From: Tubiluchus corallicola
Taxonomy: Eukaryota > Animalia > Priapulida
Assembly (NCBI GenBank): GCA_030141605.1
Contig: JAQGDQ010000039.1
Coordinates: 681,146-745,145, forward strand
Direction: 5' to 3'
Length of the DNA stretch: 64,000 bases
This document shows, piece after piece, positions 42,600 to 53,966 of the stretch (position 1 is its first letter; every line of letters begins with the position of its first letter). The position numbers were made by a program, and so were the translations under genes. The notes below the pieces were generated by a model, which saw only the letters and a list, made by a program, of their open reading frames with translations, ran no database searches and was not told where the DNA came from.

Positions 42600-43650
42600 T
42601 CCCTTCGATGATGGAACTCGATGCTATAAGTAACATTTAGTCCCAGTGAACCACGAAGTTTCACCACAATATCATCCATTTTGCGTTTTCCTATCAATAA
42701 TAAATAAACACAATAAGCAGTTATATTTGTTTTGGGACTACAATTCGAACTTATTAAATCACTCTTCGCATCAAGATGCAAAACAGCTGAGTTTCTTGAT
42801 ACTATTATTATTAATTATGTTTTTCCAGTTATTATTTGCTTCCAAAAAACTAATGTCACAAAAAATCCATGGATAGCTCCAGCCATGTAATATATTACAC
42901 CAGTATCAAGCTCAAAAATAAAAAGTATAATTCATTGATCAAACAAACTTCAGATGCATCTGCAGCTGACTACAAACCATATCACAATAAACTAAATGAC
43001 ATTATTAAAAATGCTAAATCCACTTATTATCAAAATAAGTTAAACAATGTTAAAGTCAATTTAAAGAAAACATGGGGAATTATAAAAGGATAATTAATAT
43101 ATACAAACTTACAAAGATAAATTAATCATTAATTTCTGTAGAACAGATGTGGCACGGCAATTCACTACAAATGTTGGTCCAAGGGTTGTAAAATATTCAG
43201 CCAAATCAAAAATTTAAAAAGAAATATAAAGCAATCATTTTCCATAAATACAACACTTCTTAATATCCTGCACCTACTGCAGCAGTCAACCACAAGCCTG
43301 GTACAGATTATGCAAAAACGACATCATTGATAAATTTTTGGATCTGATGTAAACATTGCACAATCTACTGTCTTTTTTCTACTATTTCCACTAACACATC
43401 ATTCTATCAGTCTTGTATGGTTTAACCTTTCTCCCTGTTCTTTTTTTGTTCACTTATCAGTTCATTTTTATCTGGTTCACATGACAGTGGGTTTATACAA
43501 GCCTCTGCTTCTCTTGCCCACAGCAGTACAATTATTCTTTTATGAATGAATCATAATAATTTATTGCAGTATGAAGTAACAATTTTATGTTCCCATGTAT
43601 TGAATGTCACTATGTTGTACTGAATTTGATAATAATAAAACTTAAAAAAA
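42600..43650 (+). mobile_element. Internally deleted CR1-group LINE fragment with A-rich 3' tail
   Basis: Endonuclease-like LYLFWDYNSNLLN and linker KLNDIIKNAKSTYYQNKL...KKTWGII. Ends aataataaaacttaaaaaaa. Confidence 0.65.
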
Positions 43651-43843
43651 ACTAATAATTAGTTTAAATGTTGTGCTCAGAAATCTCTACTAAATTGCGC
43701 TAATTGTGTGACATTAAAACATTTTAATGACAAAGGAAGGTATGTGGTTGAAGTGCTGAATAATTGGAATCTACAATTTTAGGTTCGAATCGAATTCGAA
43801 CTAAAAAACTCATTCGAATTCAAACGTTTGATGCTCACCCCTA
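43650..43843. mobile_element. TTCGAA-rich hAT MITE, second half of a split copy
   Basis: Ends ATGCTCACCCCTA. Reverse-complement similarity to 21141-21345. Confidence 0.7.
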
Positions 43844-43934
43844 TCAGTCACTCACTTAGTACCGTTTGCTGCTTAGCTCTAGCTTCGACCGGCTGAAATA
43901 AAAATAATAAAAAACGGATGCATAAGTTGAAAGG

Positions 43935-44110
43935 TATGTATGTAGCCTAACCAGCAGGCAGTAGACAGACAACAAAAAGAGATAAATAAAGAAATGGGCG
44001 TATAGACAGACAAGTGTACACAAACAGACAGATGAGGGAAATGATGGGCAGATGGAATGACAGAAAAATAGACAAATAAAAGGTTGCATGGACAAACAGA
44101 CAGAGGCAGA
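43935..44110. repeat. Degenerate (GACA/GATA)n microsatellite
   Basis: Direct reading. Confidence 0.6.
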
Positions 44111-44224
44111 TAAAATGTAATGCATAAGTGTTCTGCTGTGCAAAGTCGACAACCTAATGGTCACAACCCAAATGGCCTATTGGCTACTGTTCATATGTTC
44201 ACTGGTCAACTGTCTGCTGCCAGT

Positions 44225-45522
44225 TAACGGGTCTTAGGAGTAAAGACAAAGGCATCCAATGTTGCCTGTAAGGCTGAACTGGGTTTATATCCTCTCCTTA
44301 TTGCAGCAGCAAAAAATCATACAAATTTTACTTGACTGCCGCCCACAAACCCTGAAAGACTATATTTAACACTCTGAACCATATGGCTCTATTCTTGCCC
44401 ACATGGAGACTTATCCCAAACTGTACAATATAACCTGAACAAAATTCTAAAAACAGGATATGAAAATCTATTTTTTACTGAAATGTATAATGATGATAGG
44501 AAAAAGGGAGGCCATAACAAGCTCAGATTTTACAGAAGGTTAAAATGCAAATACAAAATAGAGCTTTACCTACACATTATTATGAACAAAAATCATAGAA
44601 ACGCTATCACCAAACACCACGTGAGTGATCATGATTTGGAAATCGAACATGCTCGTTATACCGAAACACCAGAACAAGAACGAGTATGCAATTATTGCAC
44701 AAACCCCTCCCCTAAAAAACATGAAATAGAAAATGAAATGCACTTTGTTTATGACAGCCCACTTTTTGCTGAAAATAGAACAAATTATGAAAATAAACTT
44801 CACAGTCTAACTTTTTTCTCTAGAAATACCATCTCTCTCATGCGGCTGTTTAACAGTAGTGTTCAACAAGATATAATTCATTTTGGACAAGTGTATTTAC
44901 AAACTTCCAAATAAGAAAAACAAACAGCTAACACTGGCTACACCTTGTTGAACCTTTTCAATGTTTACTCATCTAGGTAATATCTAGGACTTTTTAATAT
45001 CTAGGTATACTTTTGCATTGCATAATGTATAGTTGTTAATTGTTTTTAATACTGTTTCCTTGTTTTTCGTAGACTTTGTTTTTAATACCGTTTCTTTGCT
45101 TTTTGTAGCCTTTCTGATTACAACTTCTAATTTATACATCTATGGCATCAATGCAAGAAACTTCTGGCAACAACTGCAGTCCCTAGGGAAGAACAAATCA
45201 GCACTTTGGCAGCAGACTCTAACCTCAATTATTTTCAACTCTCATTCTCTTATTTTTTTATAATCTTTCATATAAAAAGTTGGTACTGATACCAACTACT
45301 TTTAACCCATTTCTCTGTTTTCATTGCTAATTATACAATTTTTATGTAACTGTGATTTCTGTATCAGTATAACATATCTTAATATTAGTCTTTGTCTATA
45401 AGAATAACTTTGCATACAGCCTACTGTAATTTTTTCGGCTTATGTTGTATTTAACATGTAATATATTGCTTTGCCAATGTACATTGCACGTATTTGTGTA
45501 AATAAAACTAGATTGAATTGAA
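44225..45522 (+). mobile_element. Non-LTR retrotransposon 3' fragment (RTEX-like C-terminal zinc-knuckle region plus 3'UTR)
   Basis: RVLGVKTKASNVACKAELGLYPL; NKLRFYRRLK...HDLEIEHARY...ERVCNYC...IENEMHF. Ends AATAAA+(ATTGA)n. Confidence 0.7.
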
Positions 45523-46034
45523 TATGTAAAAACTCAATGGGTTTGTTCCACACCGGTGCGTCAAAGATATCCTGGTAAATTTTTTGAAATCAGGGCGGGC
45601 TGTTTGTGAAATTTGTATTTAGAATTTGGGAAGCTCACTGTATCACCAAATAATTGACGTTTGTCAAAAATTATTTTGTGTCTTTTTATTTATTTATTCA
45701 ACTTAATGTCTGATTACACAAGAGAGTCTTCGCTGCCGTAAAATAATTTTTAAATACTGTTATTGTTAGGATTTAACATTAGAAGCACAGTAGTGCTCAG
45801 AATCACCATTAGTACTATTGTTATTATACCGGTAAGTTGTGGGTAACTGTTGGCGTACTAATACTAGTAGGTGGTTTTGAAATAAAGTAATTTTTAAAAA
45901 CATGAACAAGGAGGCTTGAGAGGTGAATCTGGAAATATCTATGTACCAATGCTTCAGATGCAAGCTCAACTGTTAAACACATCCTTTTGTAGTGTTTTTA
46001 GATTTACTAAGGATTTAATGGAAGGCTAAATGAT

Positions 46035-48020
46035 ATGACATTGGTCCTTTCAGTAGCGGATATTATTATTACTCCTGAAGCTGTATTAAAAAGATACACA
46101 AAACTCAACATTTCGAAGTCGGCGGTCCCAACCTTCTATCATTTATCTTGTCTTACAAAGTTATCCTTTCATCCAAGGATTCTAAACAAACTAGTCATTA
46201 GAACCGCTGTCCTGTTTTTTCAGTAAGTTGTTGGGTAAGGGACGATTACCAGGTACCTCAATTTTGGAAAGAGGCACATGTGACACCTACCATATATGTT
46301 TGATGGCAAACGATCTATTATCGGACTGCCTACACTGTTTTTTGAGCAAATTGTCTGGCATAGCTAATCTTCCTACTGAACTAGATGCTTAGACTATGGC
46401 TGTTGATAAAGGCAAACCTCGAGGGGAACTACGATTTTGCAATTTAAGCATTTGTTTTTATCCCACATGAACGCTTTCTTATTAAAGGAAAACCTTACCA
46501 TTGTTTAGACTCAATCTCATTTTAATTTACTGTCAAAAATATACATTTTCTTGCCTATAAAAGTTAGCAATTGTTTCTTATATTTGAATAGTTAGCTTAG
46601 AAAGTTAATTAACGGCAACCGAACACAGCTATTGCTTACGTCAGAAACTAACCACAGTTTGTGCATTCCCTTGCACGTCAAGCACATTTGTGTGAGTATT
46701 ACAATACTGCTTAAACGTGATGTCACAAAAATGCGCTCTATGTCATATGACGTCAGAAACTAACACTGCAGTTCATGATCATGGTACTGCATTCTATTTG
46801 TCAGCCACGCGCATGTGATAAAAAGGCGCCGTTGCCAATCTTAGTAGATTCACTGAGCCGCTCCTAGCTTTTAAAGTTTAACAAAATTTGAGTATTCGAG
46901 GTAATTATTATTAATCTAAGCTTTGATTTAAAAAAGCTATTGTAGTTTTCAATATTTTATTGGATTCTTTATTCTGAACTCGTGTTTACACAATCGTCTG
47001 GTTTTCTTTAAGCTACAAAGTTACAAGTTAGAGGGTAAGCTTTTAGTAGGGATTCGTCGGCTCCTAAAGGGATGCCACCAGTTTACAGTAATTAGCAGTC
47101 ACAAATCTAATTTTTCACAACTAAAATCGAAGATTCCACAAGAAAGGGTACTTGGTCCGGTGTTGTACATTGTGTATGTGAATGACACTTCTGAGGTTGT
47201 GAAGTCCGACCTGCTGATGAATATTGGAATATGACACCAAGATGCACTGTTCTTGAAAAATTCGATAAAGCCACAAGCCTACAATAAGATTTGGACAGTT
47301 TCATAGAGTGGGATGTGATGTATAAATTGGTTACAAAACACACTCTTTGACTACATTATGAGACATGGATATTTAAGAACAGCCTCGGAAGCAACAGAAC
47401 TGGAGAATCCATGTGTGTGAATGTGGATTTTACCTTGAAGTTTTCCAAATACGTAGAAATTCAAGTGAGTAAGGCTAGCTAGATGCTTGGGTTAATCAGA
47501 AGGTCATATGAGTTCCTGGATGGAATGACATTAAAATTGTTGTTTGTTGCATTAGTCATGCCACACCTTGAGTACGGTATAACTGCACGGATGCCAGGTT
47601 TGTTAAAGATAGGAAACTAATTAAAGGAGTTATTCATAGAAAAATGGGATGGTCCCCTGGAATAAAGGAACTACCTTACGAGGCACGACAAAAGGCCTTG
47701 GATTTGTTTAGTATGTGATACAAACAGGCAGAAGGAAACATGATCATAGACGTATGTAAGTTTTCACGCAGAATGTACAGTATGTATGCTGAGATTCTGC
47801 TAAGCGATTATCAGGCAAGAACCAAGGGACACCCATACAAGTTAAAAAGAGAGAGGGCATCATCGCACTGCTACATGAAATAACTTCTTCAGCTTGAGGG
47901 TTGTGAGTTGATGGAACAATTTCCCAGAGAACATGGTTTCTACAAGCTCTGTGGCTTCTTTCAGACGAAAACTACATGAAACATGGCAGAACTACCAATA
48001 CAACGCTGTGCCACCAAAAT
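46035..48020 (+). mobile_element. Decayed CR1-type LINE reverse transcriptase, split by a MITE
   Basis: Degenerate RT peptides: KLNISKSA..FHPRIL, WKEAHVTP, AVDKGKP..DFA..AF..IPHERFLIK|LQSYKLEGKLLV, IPQERVLGPVLYIVYVND, ALVMPHLEYG, FFSLRVVS*WNNFP. Confidence 0.8.
46486..47007. mobile_element. Non-autonomous Kolobok-like DNA transposon (TTAA TSD)
   Basis: Flanked by TTAA (46482-46485 and 47008-47011). Imperfect TIRs AGGAAAACCTTACCATTGTTTAGAC and revcomp AGAAAACCAGACGATTGTGTAAAC. Removing it restores the host LINE reading frame. Confidence 0.8.
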
Positions 48021-48319
48021 AGACTTTGAAGTGTTAGATACGTAGTTATGATCAATCAACAGGTAGAGATACCTAACTCAGGAATCAGGATCCATTTGTT
48101 ATAACATACTGCAGGGCATCAACCGAGAGAGTTGTCAAGTTGCAGGAACGCTAATTACGAAAGAGTGAGACTTAAGTAATGTTGCAGTGAAGCGGGGATT
48201 TCAAGTCCAGAATCTGATAAAAATTGTTTTTCGGGTCCTGTAGGAAAAAACTTAGTATTCACACTATTCACTGATTTTTTAAGTGCACAAAAATCCCAAA
48301 CTGGTGTTCTACGATGTGA

Positions 48320-48545
48320 TGGATAGAATAGCCATTGGCTGCTGGCTACAACTGAATATTACTTTTCCTAATGTTAAATTTGGCGTGCATTTTCTATAAT
48401 ACATGTTCATGTATTCAATAACGCTCAAATTTTTAAAATAGCGTCTTTTTAGTTTTATTTGGCATTTTTATCCGAAAAAAGTTTATTACGTTTGACTTAA
48501 CATTTTGGGTTTTAATGAGAAACTGACAGCTTCACAGCTTAAAGG
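48320..48545 (+). promoter_or_regulatory. Candidate DLGAP5 promoter / 5'UTR exon
   Basis: Inverted CCAAT (ATTGG ~48334), E2F-like TTTGGCGT (~48379) and donor-like AAG|GTACTT at 48545 upstream of the 49517 acceptor. Motif match only. Confidence 0.25.
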
Positions 48546-49531
48546 TACTTTAGAATTACACATAGTCCTTACACTTGTTTCTGTTTCCATTTGTTTTTGA
48601 AGATTAACATGTTTGCTGAATGCTGCATGTATTAATTTATAAGCATGCCTCTGTTGTAAAAATTTCAAGCTTGTCAAATCAGTGCTCAAAGTGCCTGAGA
48701 AGAGCTGTAGGGTCTTGTTAGCTAGTGAATGTGGGTAATGTACAATGCTTGTGCATCCGGTCCTGGTCCAGTAACTGCAGGCCTGGTATATTCTTAGAAA
48801 TATGAGGGTGGGGTACATATTACTCCCCGCCTGTTGATGCAGTTGGATTTTGGAGGTCTTTTTTGAGATTAAGATCACAATTTTTGTCCCTAAAAGAAAT
48901 TTTATTTTGCTCTAATGATCAAGCAATAGTTACATAACTCTCGCTGTGATGCTGTCTATTTTCCTTATGCATAATAATGCCTCAGTCTGAAGATTAGTTT
49001 AGCTGCTTAATATTATAAGCACATTTTTATTGCTATATGTACAAAGATGTTAGGTTTAAGGCAAATTAAGAACTGTATGTTTTTCTCTAACAATAATATT
49101 CCACAGTAAATAATTAAAATTATGCAGATATGTAGTATTCCCGATGTGATATTATATTGATACTGGAGCCTCTAGGCTGTGTCATTTTGCTGCTTGAATG
49201 TTTCACTCTATGTCTGTAAGGCCAGTGGGGCCAAGCCAGTCAAACTTAGCTCATGTTAGTTAGTGCCAGGTGGGAAAAGCTCACTGTAACATATTTGTTC
49301 TTGTCATTGATCTTGAAGGCTGGCAGGCCTTTAGGTATAAGGTATTATAAATCACTTTTACTTTTGCTTATCATTTGCTTAAAGCCCTGTTTTTAACTTT
49401 CCTAAAACTTGTTACTTTAAATGGTTGCTGTTTCGTTAATAAGTTATTTTATGAAGAAATTTACTAATAACTGCCTAGTAGTAGAAATTATCCTGAAAGT
49501 TTATTACTTGTTTTCAGTTTGTGCTGTAAAG

Positions 49532-51514
49532 ATGGAGCCAGGTCGTTCCAAACACATGGACAAGTACAAGTGGCAGCAGGCATCACGCCTTCCAAAGAGA
49601 AAACAAGAAAAGTTCAATAGAAGCAAGATTGCCCGCGATGAAACTCTCCAAAAGCTACGAAACATTCCAGAAGAACCGAACCTTCCAGAAAATAAACGTA
49701 AAAAGCTTACAAGAAAAGAGCAACTTGAAATGTGGCGTAAGAAGCGGGATGCAAAAAGAATGTCTGAACGTGTGAATAAGCAAAAGCAACCGTTCAAAGT
49801 TTACCACGTTTCACCAGATATATTTGGTGTAATGAAACAGGAAAAAGCTGATACTGCAACAGCACCGAAAGGTAGTGGTCAGGAAAGAAAACCTGCTATT
49901 ACCAAAATCCCAAAGAAAACTCAAAGGGGAATACTAATTGATCCGTGTAATAAACAGAAGGGAATGAAGCCAGAAAAGCTAAAAACAAGGTTTATGCCAA
50001 AACCTAATATCTCTTTTGCTCCTGAAAATTTTGTGTTTGGAGCACCATTAACAGAAAAACCGGCTGGTTCTTGCTGTTCGACGCCACTGGTTCAGAAGTC
50101 TGAAAATATTGTACACCTTGTCGATCCTATCGTTTCATCTCAATCATCTGCATCAGATGAAGATAGCAAACAAGTGAGAAATGATTCACCTGCAGATTTT
50201 GAAAACAAGGATTGCAAACAAAAAATACAAATGAATCATAATGCAAAATTTAATGACAAAGGGGTTATGCAGCAAGAAGGATCGGAACTAACGCTTAATG
50301 AAGATCAAGAGCATGAACAGAAAACTAAAGGTAACCAAAACACAAGCTGTGATGGCAAAAGTAATGCTCAGTTTATGGCAAATGCCAATGTAAAAGAATT
50401 TTCTTTGACTGGAAAAATGGATGCAGAACTTAAAAACAGAGGTTCAGTCTTTGGAGACACTTGTGCCATTGAACCTTTAAAGCACAACATGGATTTCAAT
50501 GACAAACTCAAATGTGCTACTAAACTTTTACCAAAAGATCACATAGAGGAGCATTCGACATTAAGGCAAGCTGAAGAGGATTCTTGCCACTCCAGCAGCT
50601 CTAGTGTAAAAGCATTTCGAGATCTAATTGCTTCTACAACTGACCAATTTACAATGGAGATTGAGAAATGGAATCCAAAGATTGAGAATGTACCAGAAGA
50701 AGTACAAGGTGAAATAAGATCTATTGTTGGACAAGCACAATTATTCATGAACGAGCGACTGGCACAATTTCAGACCCTTGTCGATAACTGCGAGCACAAG
50801 CATGGTGAGAAAGAAACAACATTATGTGACTTGCAAGGATTTTGGGATATGATTAGTTATCAGGTGAATGACCTCAAAAGGCAATTTGAAAAAATAGAGA
50901 GTCTGGAAATGAATAATTGGGAACACCTAGTCACCCCAAAGCCGAAATATATTCAGAAAAGGGTGAAAAAGAAAAGAGCTGTGAGCGAGAAGTCAAAAGA
51001 GAGAGCAGCTGCTGCCCAATCTCGTTTAACAGCTTTTAGAGCTACTTTGAGAACCCGTGCTAATATGAAGAAGATGGCTGCTTATAGCCCAGTTGTGCAA
51101 GCTGCTTTAGTGAAAGCACACCAAACGTCAAAAAGTAATAGCCCTTTAATTCAAATAGGAATATCTGCTCTCGCTAAGTTATGTGCAAGTCCAAGCAATG
51201 GAAGGGAAGCTACTCCACAAGTAGATACTGCACTAGTGACTCCTCCTGTTCAAGATGAAGGTAGCTCAAAAGAAAACAAGTTGGCTCACTCATTGCGACG
51301 GTCTTGCAGACTCACAGAAATAAGTCTGCTATACACACCAGCTCAAGAAAAAGAAACTATGTTAGTGGGTGAGGGTAGTGATTTGATGAAATTTTCCCCG
51401 TTTGTATCGCCAAAGGGGACTGATCATACAGAAACGAATTGCCTTTTGGAAAATCAAAATTCCATAGCCTCACCGTACTTGAGGAGATCTACACGATTAA
51501 CAAAAAAAAAGTGA
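49532..51514 (+). CDS. DLGAP5: Disks large-associated protein 5 / HURP / Mars-like mitotic spindle protein (GKAP domain), single coding exon, 660 aa
   Basis: Acceptor ttttcag at 49517, then ATG at 49532. Basic N-terminus with RKEQLEMWRKKR...QPFKV, GKAP domain (IRSIVGQAQLFMNERLAQFQTLVDNC...DLQGFWDMISYQV...NNW), a KEN sequence and many SP/TP sites in the C-terminal tail. Confidence 0.88.
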   Translation: MEPGRSKHMDKYKWQQASRLPKRKQEKFNRSKIARDETLQKLRNIPEEPNLPENKRKKLTRKEQLEMWRKKRDAKRMSERVNKQKQPFKVYHVSPDIFGVMKQEKADTATAPKGSGQERKPAITKIPKKTQRGILIDPCNKQKGMKPEKLKTRFMPKPNISFAPENFVFGAPLTEKPAGSCCSTPLVQKSENIVHLVDPIVSSQSSASDEDSKQVRNDSPADFENKDCKQKIQMNHNAKFNDKGVMQQEGSELTLNEDQEHEQKTKGNQNTSCDGKSNAQFMANANVKEFSLTGKMDAELKNRGSVFGDTCAIEPLKHNMDFNDKLKCATKLLPKDHIEEHSTLRQAEEDSCHSSSSSVKAFRDLIASTTDQFTMEIEKWNPKIENVPEEVQGEIRSIVGQAQLFMNERLAQFQTLVDNCEHKHGEKETTLCDLQGFWDMISYQVNDLKRQFEKIESLEMNNWEHLVTPKPKYIQKRVKKKRAVSEKSKERAAAAQSRLTAFRATLRTRANMKKMAAYSPVVQAALVKAHQTSKSNSPLIQIGISALAKLCASPSNGREATPQVDTALVTPPVQDEGSSKENKLAHSLRRSCRLTEISLLYTPAQEKETMLVGEGSDLMKFSPFVSPKGTDHTETNCLLENQNSIASPYLRRSTRLTKKK

Positions 51515-52357
51515 GGCCTTTGCACGTTTGTTTGGGTCTTGTACACTTTGTTTAGAGTATGTATTTCGTTTGTCTGATGATTCTGTTATTGCAGTATGTT
51601 GTTGTATACTTATCACGTAGATCTGTTTTAGTATTGTTTGCATGCATGTTTATATTATGTTAGAATAGGCTCTGCTTATAATTTTTATACATGTACAACA
51701 TGATACATTTACTACATCATTGCTAAATTACTTCAAGCTATTTGTTTATTATCGTAATTTGAAATTCCCTCTCATAATTTTGAATAGATGCATTAAAATC
51801 TTAGAAAGTTTATGCCATTTCATTGCATGTGAAGATATACGTAGATTATTTAAATAACTATATATCAGCAATTTAATTGAAAGTCACAAAAATTTCTACT
51901 GTGTGCTATGGTCATGTTAACTTTTTTCTGTTGTGAGTTAAAGAAGTTTTCAAGTACATATGTATGGATGCCTAATAATATAAAAGTTTCTAATACAATT
52001 TTGCATTTATGTCTTTCATTATCTTGTACTCGCCACATAGCTATGAACATTTTAAACCATTTTCAGACCTCCATTTAAAGTACAACGCTTTTAAGGCTGC
52101 TTTGCACATAATCGTTATACCGATCAGTCTGCATCATTTGTTACACACATGTATACAAATTACATAGTGACATTAAGTTACATGTACTGTACCTTAGTAC
52201 TGTATTCTATAAAGTTCTGTATGCTTTCTGAGTCAATAACACAATTTTAGGACATGATGCTGTTCACATATTCCGGTGAGAAAATGCAAAATCAGATGGC
52301 ATGCTGCTATGTTTATATTTGCCATTTTGTATGACAGAATCTTGCCACATACAAATA

Positions 52358-53130
52358 CAGTCAACATCGGGCATAAGGGACAATATTTTCAGGTCCCGCG
52401 TAATAGAAACCCAGGTAAATTACCTCGCATATAAGGGACCCTATGATTGAATATTTTTTACATCCTAAAAAGCCTACGCTGAGACCCTGCGCGGGTCCGA
52501 CTGTATTCCCTGGTACTACGGTCGGGTCTTGTGGCTGTAATGATGCGGGTAACTAGTTGGTGGCAAGGGTAATGCCGGTGGATGGTCATGATGGATGAAA
52601 GAAATAGGTCGGAGCGCAATGTGTGACTTACTACCACAGGTCCATCGCAGCAAGTGACGATGCCGGGTTTATTGCATTGTAGTAATAGTAGTTACTGTTA
52701 ATGATTTTCAATCTCTCTGATTTGATTAGCCAGTTCCAGTTTGTTCGGTTACAACAAAATATAAATTAAATACCAAAAAGCTCTTTAGTGTCTCCGAAAT
52801 CGGTACAGTCTTAATATTATTTTCTACAGGCAGCTATATAAAACCAATTTTGATGGTGTGATAAACAACGTCATTTCACTGTTCTGGTAATTAGGATGAG
52901 TTTAAATAAACATCGAGTTTTGTGTTCAGCCCAAGACGATTGGATATGTTTCCATTAAATCAGTATAATATTGCAAACATTATGACAAACGATTCATTAG
53001 GCATTAGGCTACCAGATGAAACATATAGATCTCGCAGGTCTAGATACACCCTCAGTCTGACTTAACTTCGGATATAAGGAACAATTTTTTCCGTCCATTC
53101 CGGAGGCATCCCTTATTTCCGAGGATGCTG
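52358..53130. mobile_element. Tc1/mariner (pogo/Tigger-like) non-autonomous element
   Basis: TA|CAGTCAACATCGGGCATAAGGGA ... TCCCTTATTTCCGAGGATGCTG|TA, with internal ATAAGG(G/A)AC subterminal repeats. Confidence 0.7.
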
Positions 53131-53966
53131 TATTACATTCTAAGGCCTACACATTTTACATGTAGTCAGCAAAAATAGAATATATGGGTTAATTACTGTT
53201 TGCGGTATGTGTACTGAACAGTATGTCTACAGCAGCATCGGTAAGCAAGGAGCAGACATGCAGCTGGTGTTTGGTGAATGGTAAAGCAGTTGCTTCGACT
53301 TACACATGAAGTGTTGTAGTATTTCCTGTATTAGCAAATTTCTGTTGTGTTGTTACATAAATTTCCTAGTTATTCTCTTAGCTACACGTTTTTCCAAATG
53401 ACTTCTGACAGTGCACGAAAAGCCCAGGGCCTAGCACTGTGTAGTCACATGTTGACCATTTACTTGACCTGACCGAGTGACAAATTTGTGCCCATTGCTC
53501 ATAGTAATAATTAAGAATTAATGCATTTGTACTATATGTAGGTCTGCCGGCTCAACTTAGAGTGTTAGCTTTGAATGTGCTTCAAATTCTGGTCTCATCG
53601 CAAACATCAAAACATTTTTTTTAAAAAATTAAATAGGTCCTGCATCTGTAAGTTGGATTTGCTTGCAGTTTGGTGAACAGTATAAAAATGTTTAAATGAT
53701 TTTCGTAGAAGAGTGTGTCAATATCATGTAAGTCTACTCCGTAGAGTTGTGGTCTGCTCAGGAGTCAGGAACATGGAAGCTCTTTTTACAGGTGTGGTGG
53801 TCGCAGCAGATTTACGCACTTATTGTCGGAAAGGGGTGTAATGGTCCAGTTGCTCCTTGCGGTTCTCTTTTTAAGGTCGAGCGTAATCTGTGTCATTCTG
53901 TGTCGTGTAAGTCTTTTCCGGTTAAGTTGGGAATTAAAAAATCTTTAACAATTTAGGTTAATTTAA

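Noticed and set aside
46620-47040. CRE/CCAAT/E2F motifs plus GTAAGC donor as the DLGAP5 first exon
   Set aside because: The motifs lie inside the Kolobok-like MITE, and the apparent donor is LINE RT coding sequence (EGKL).
50575-50600. DSCHSS in DLGAP5 as a beta-TrCP degron, suggesting a functional link between the neighbours
   Set aside because: It does not match DSGxxS, and gene adjacency in animals is not evidence of interaction.
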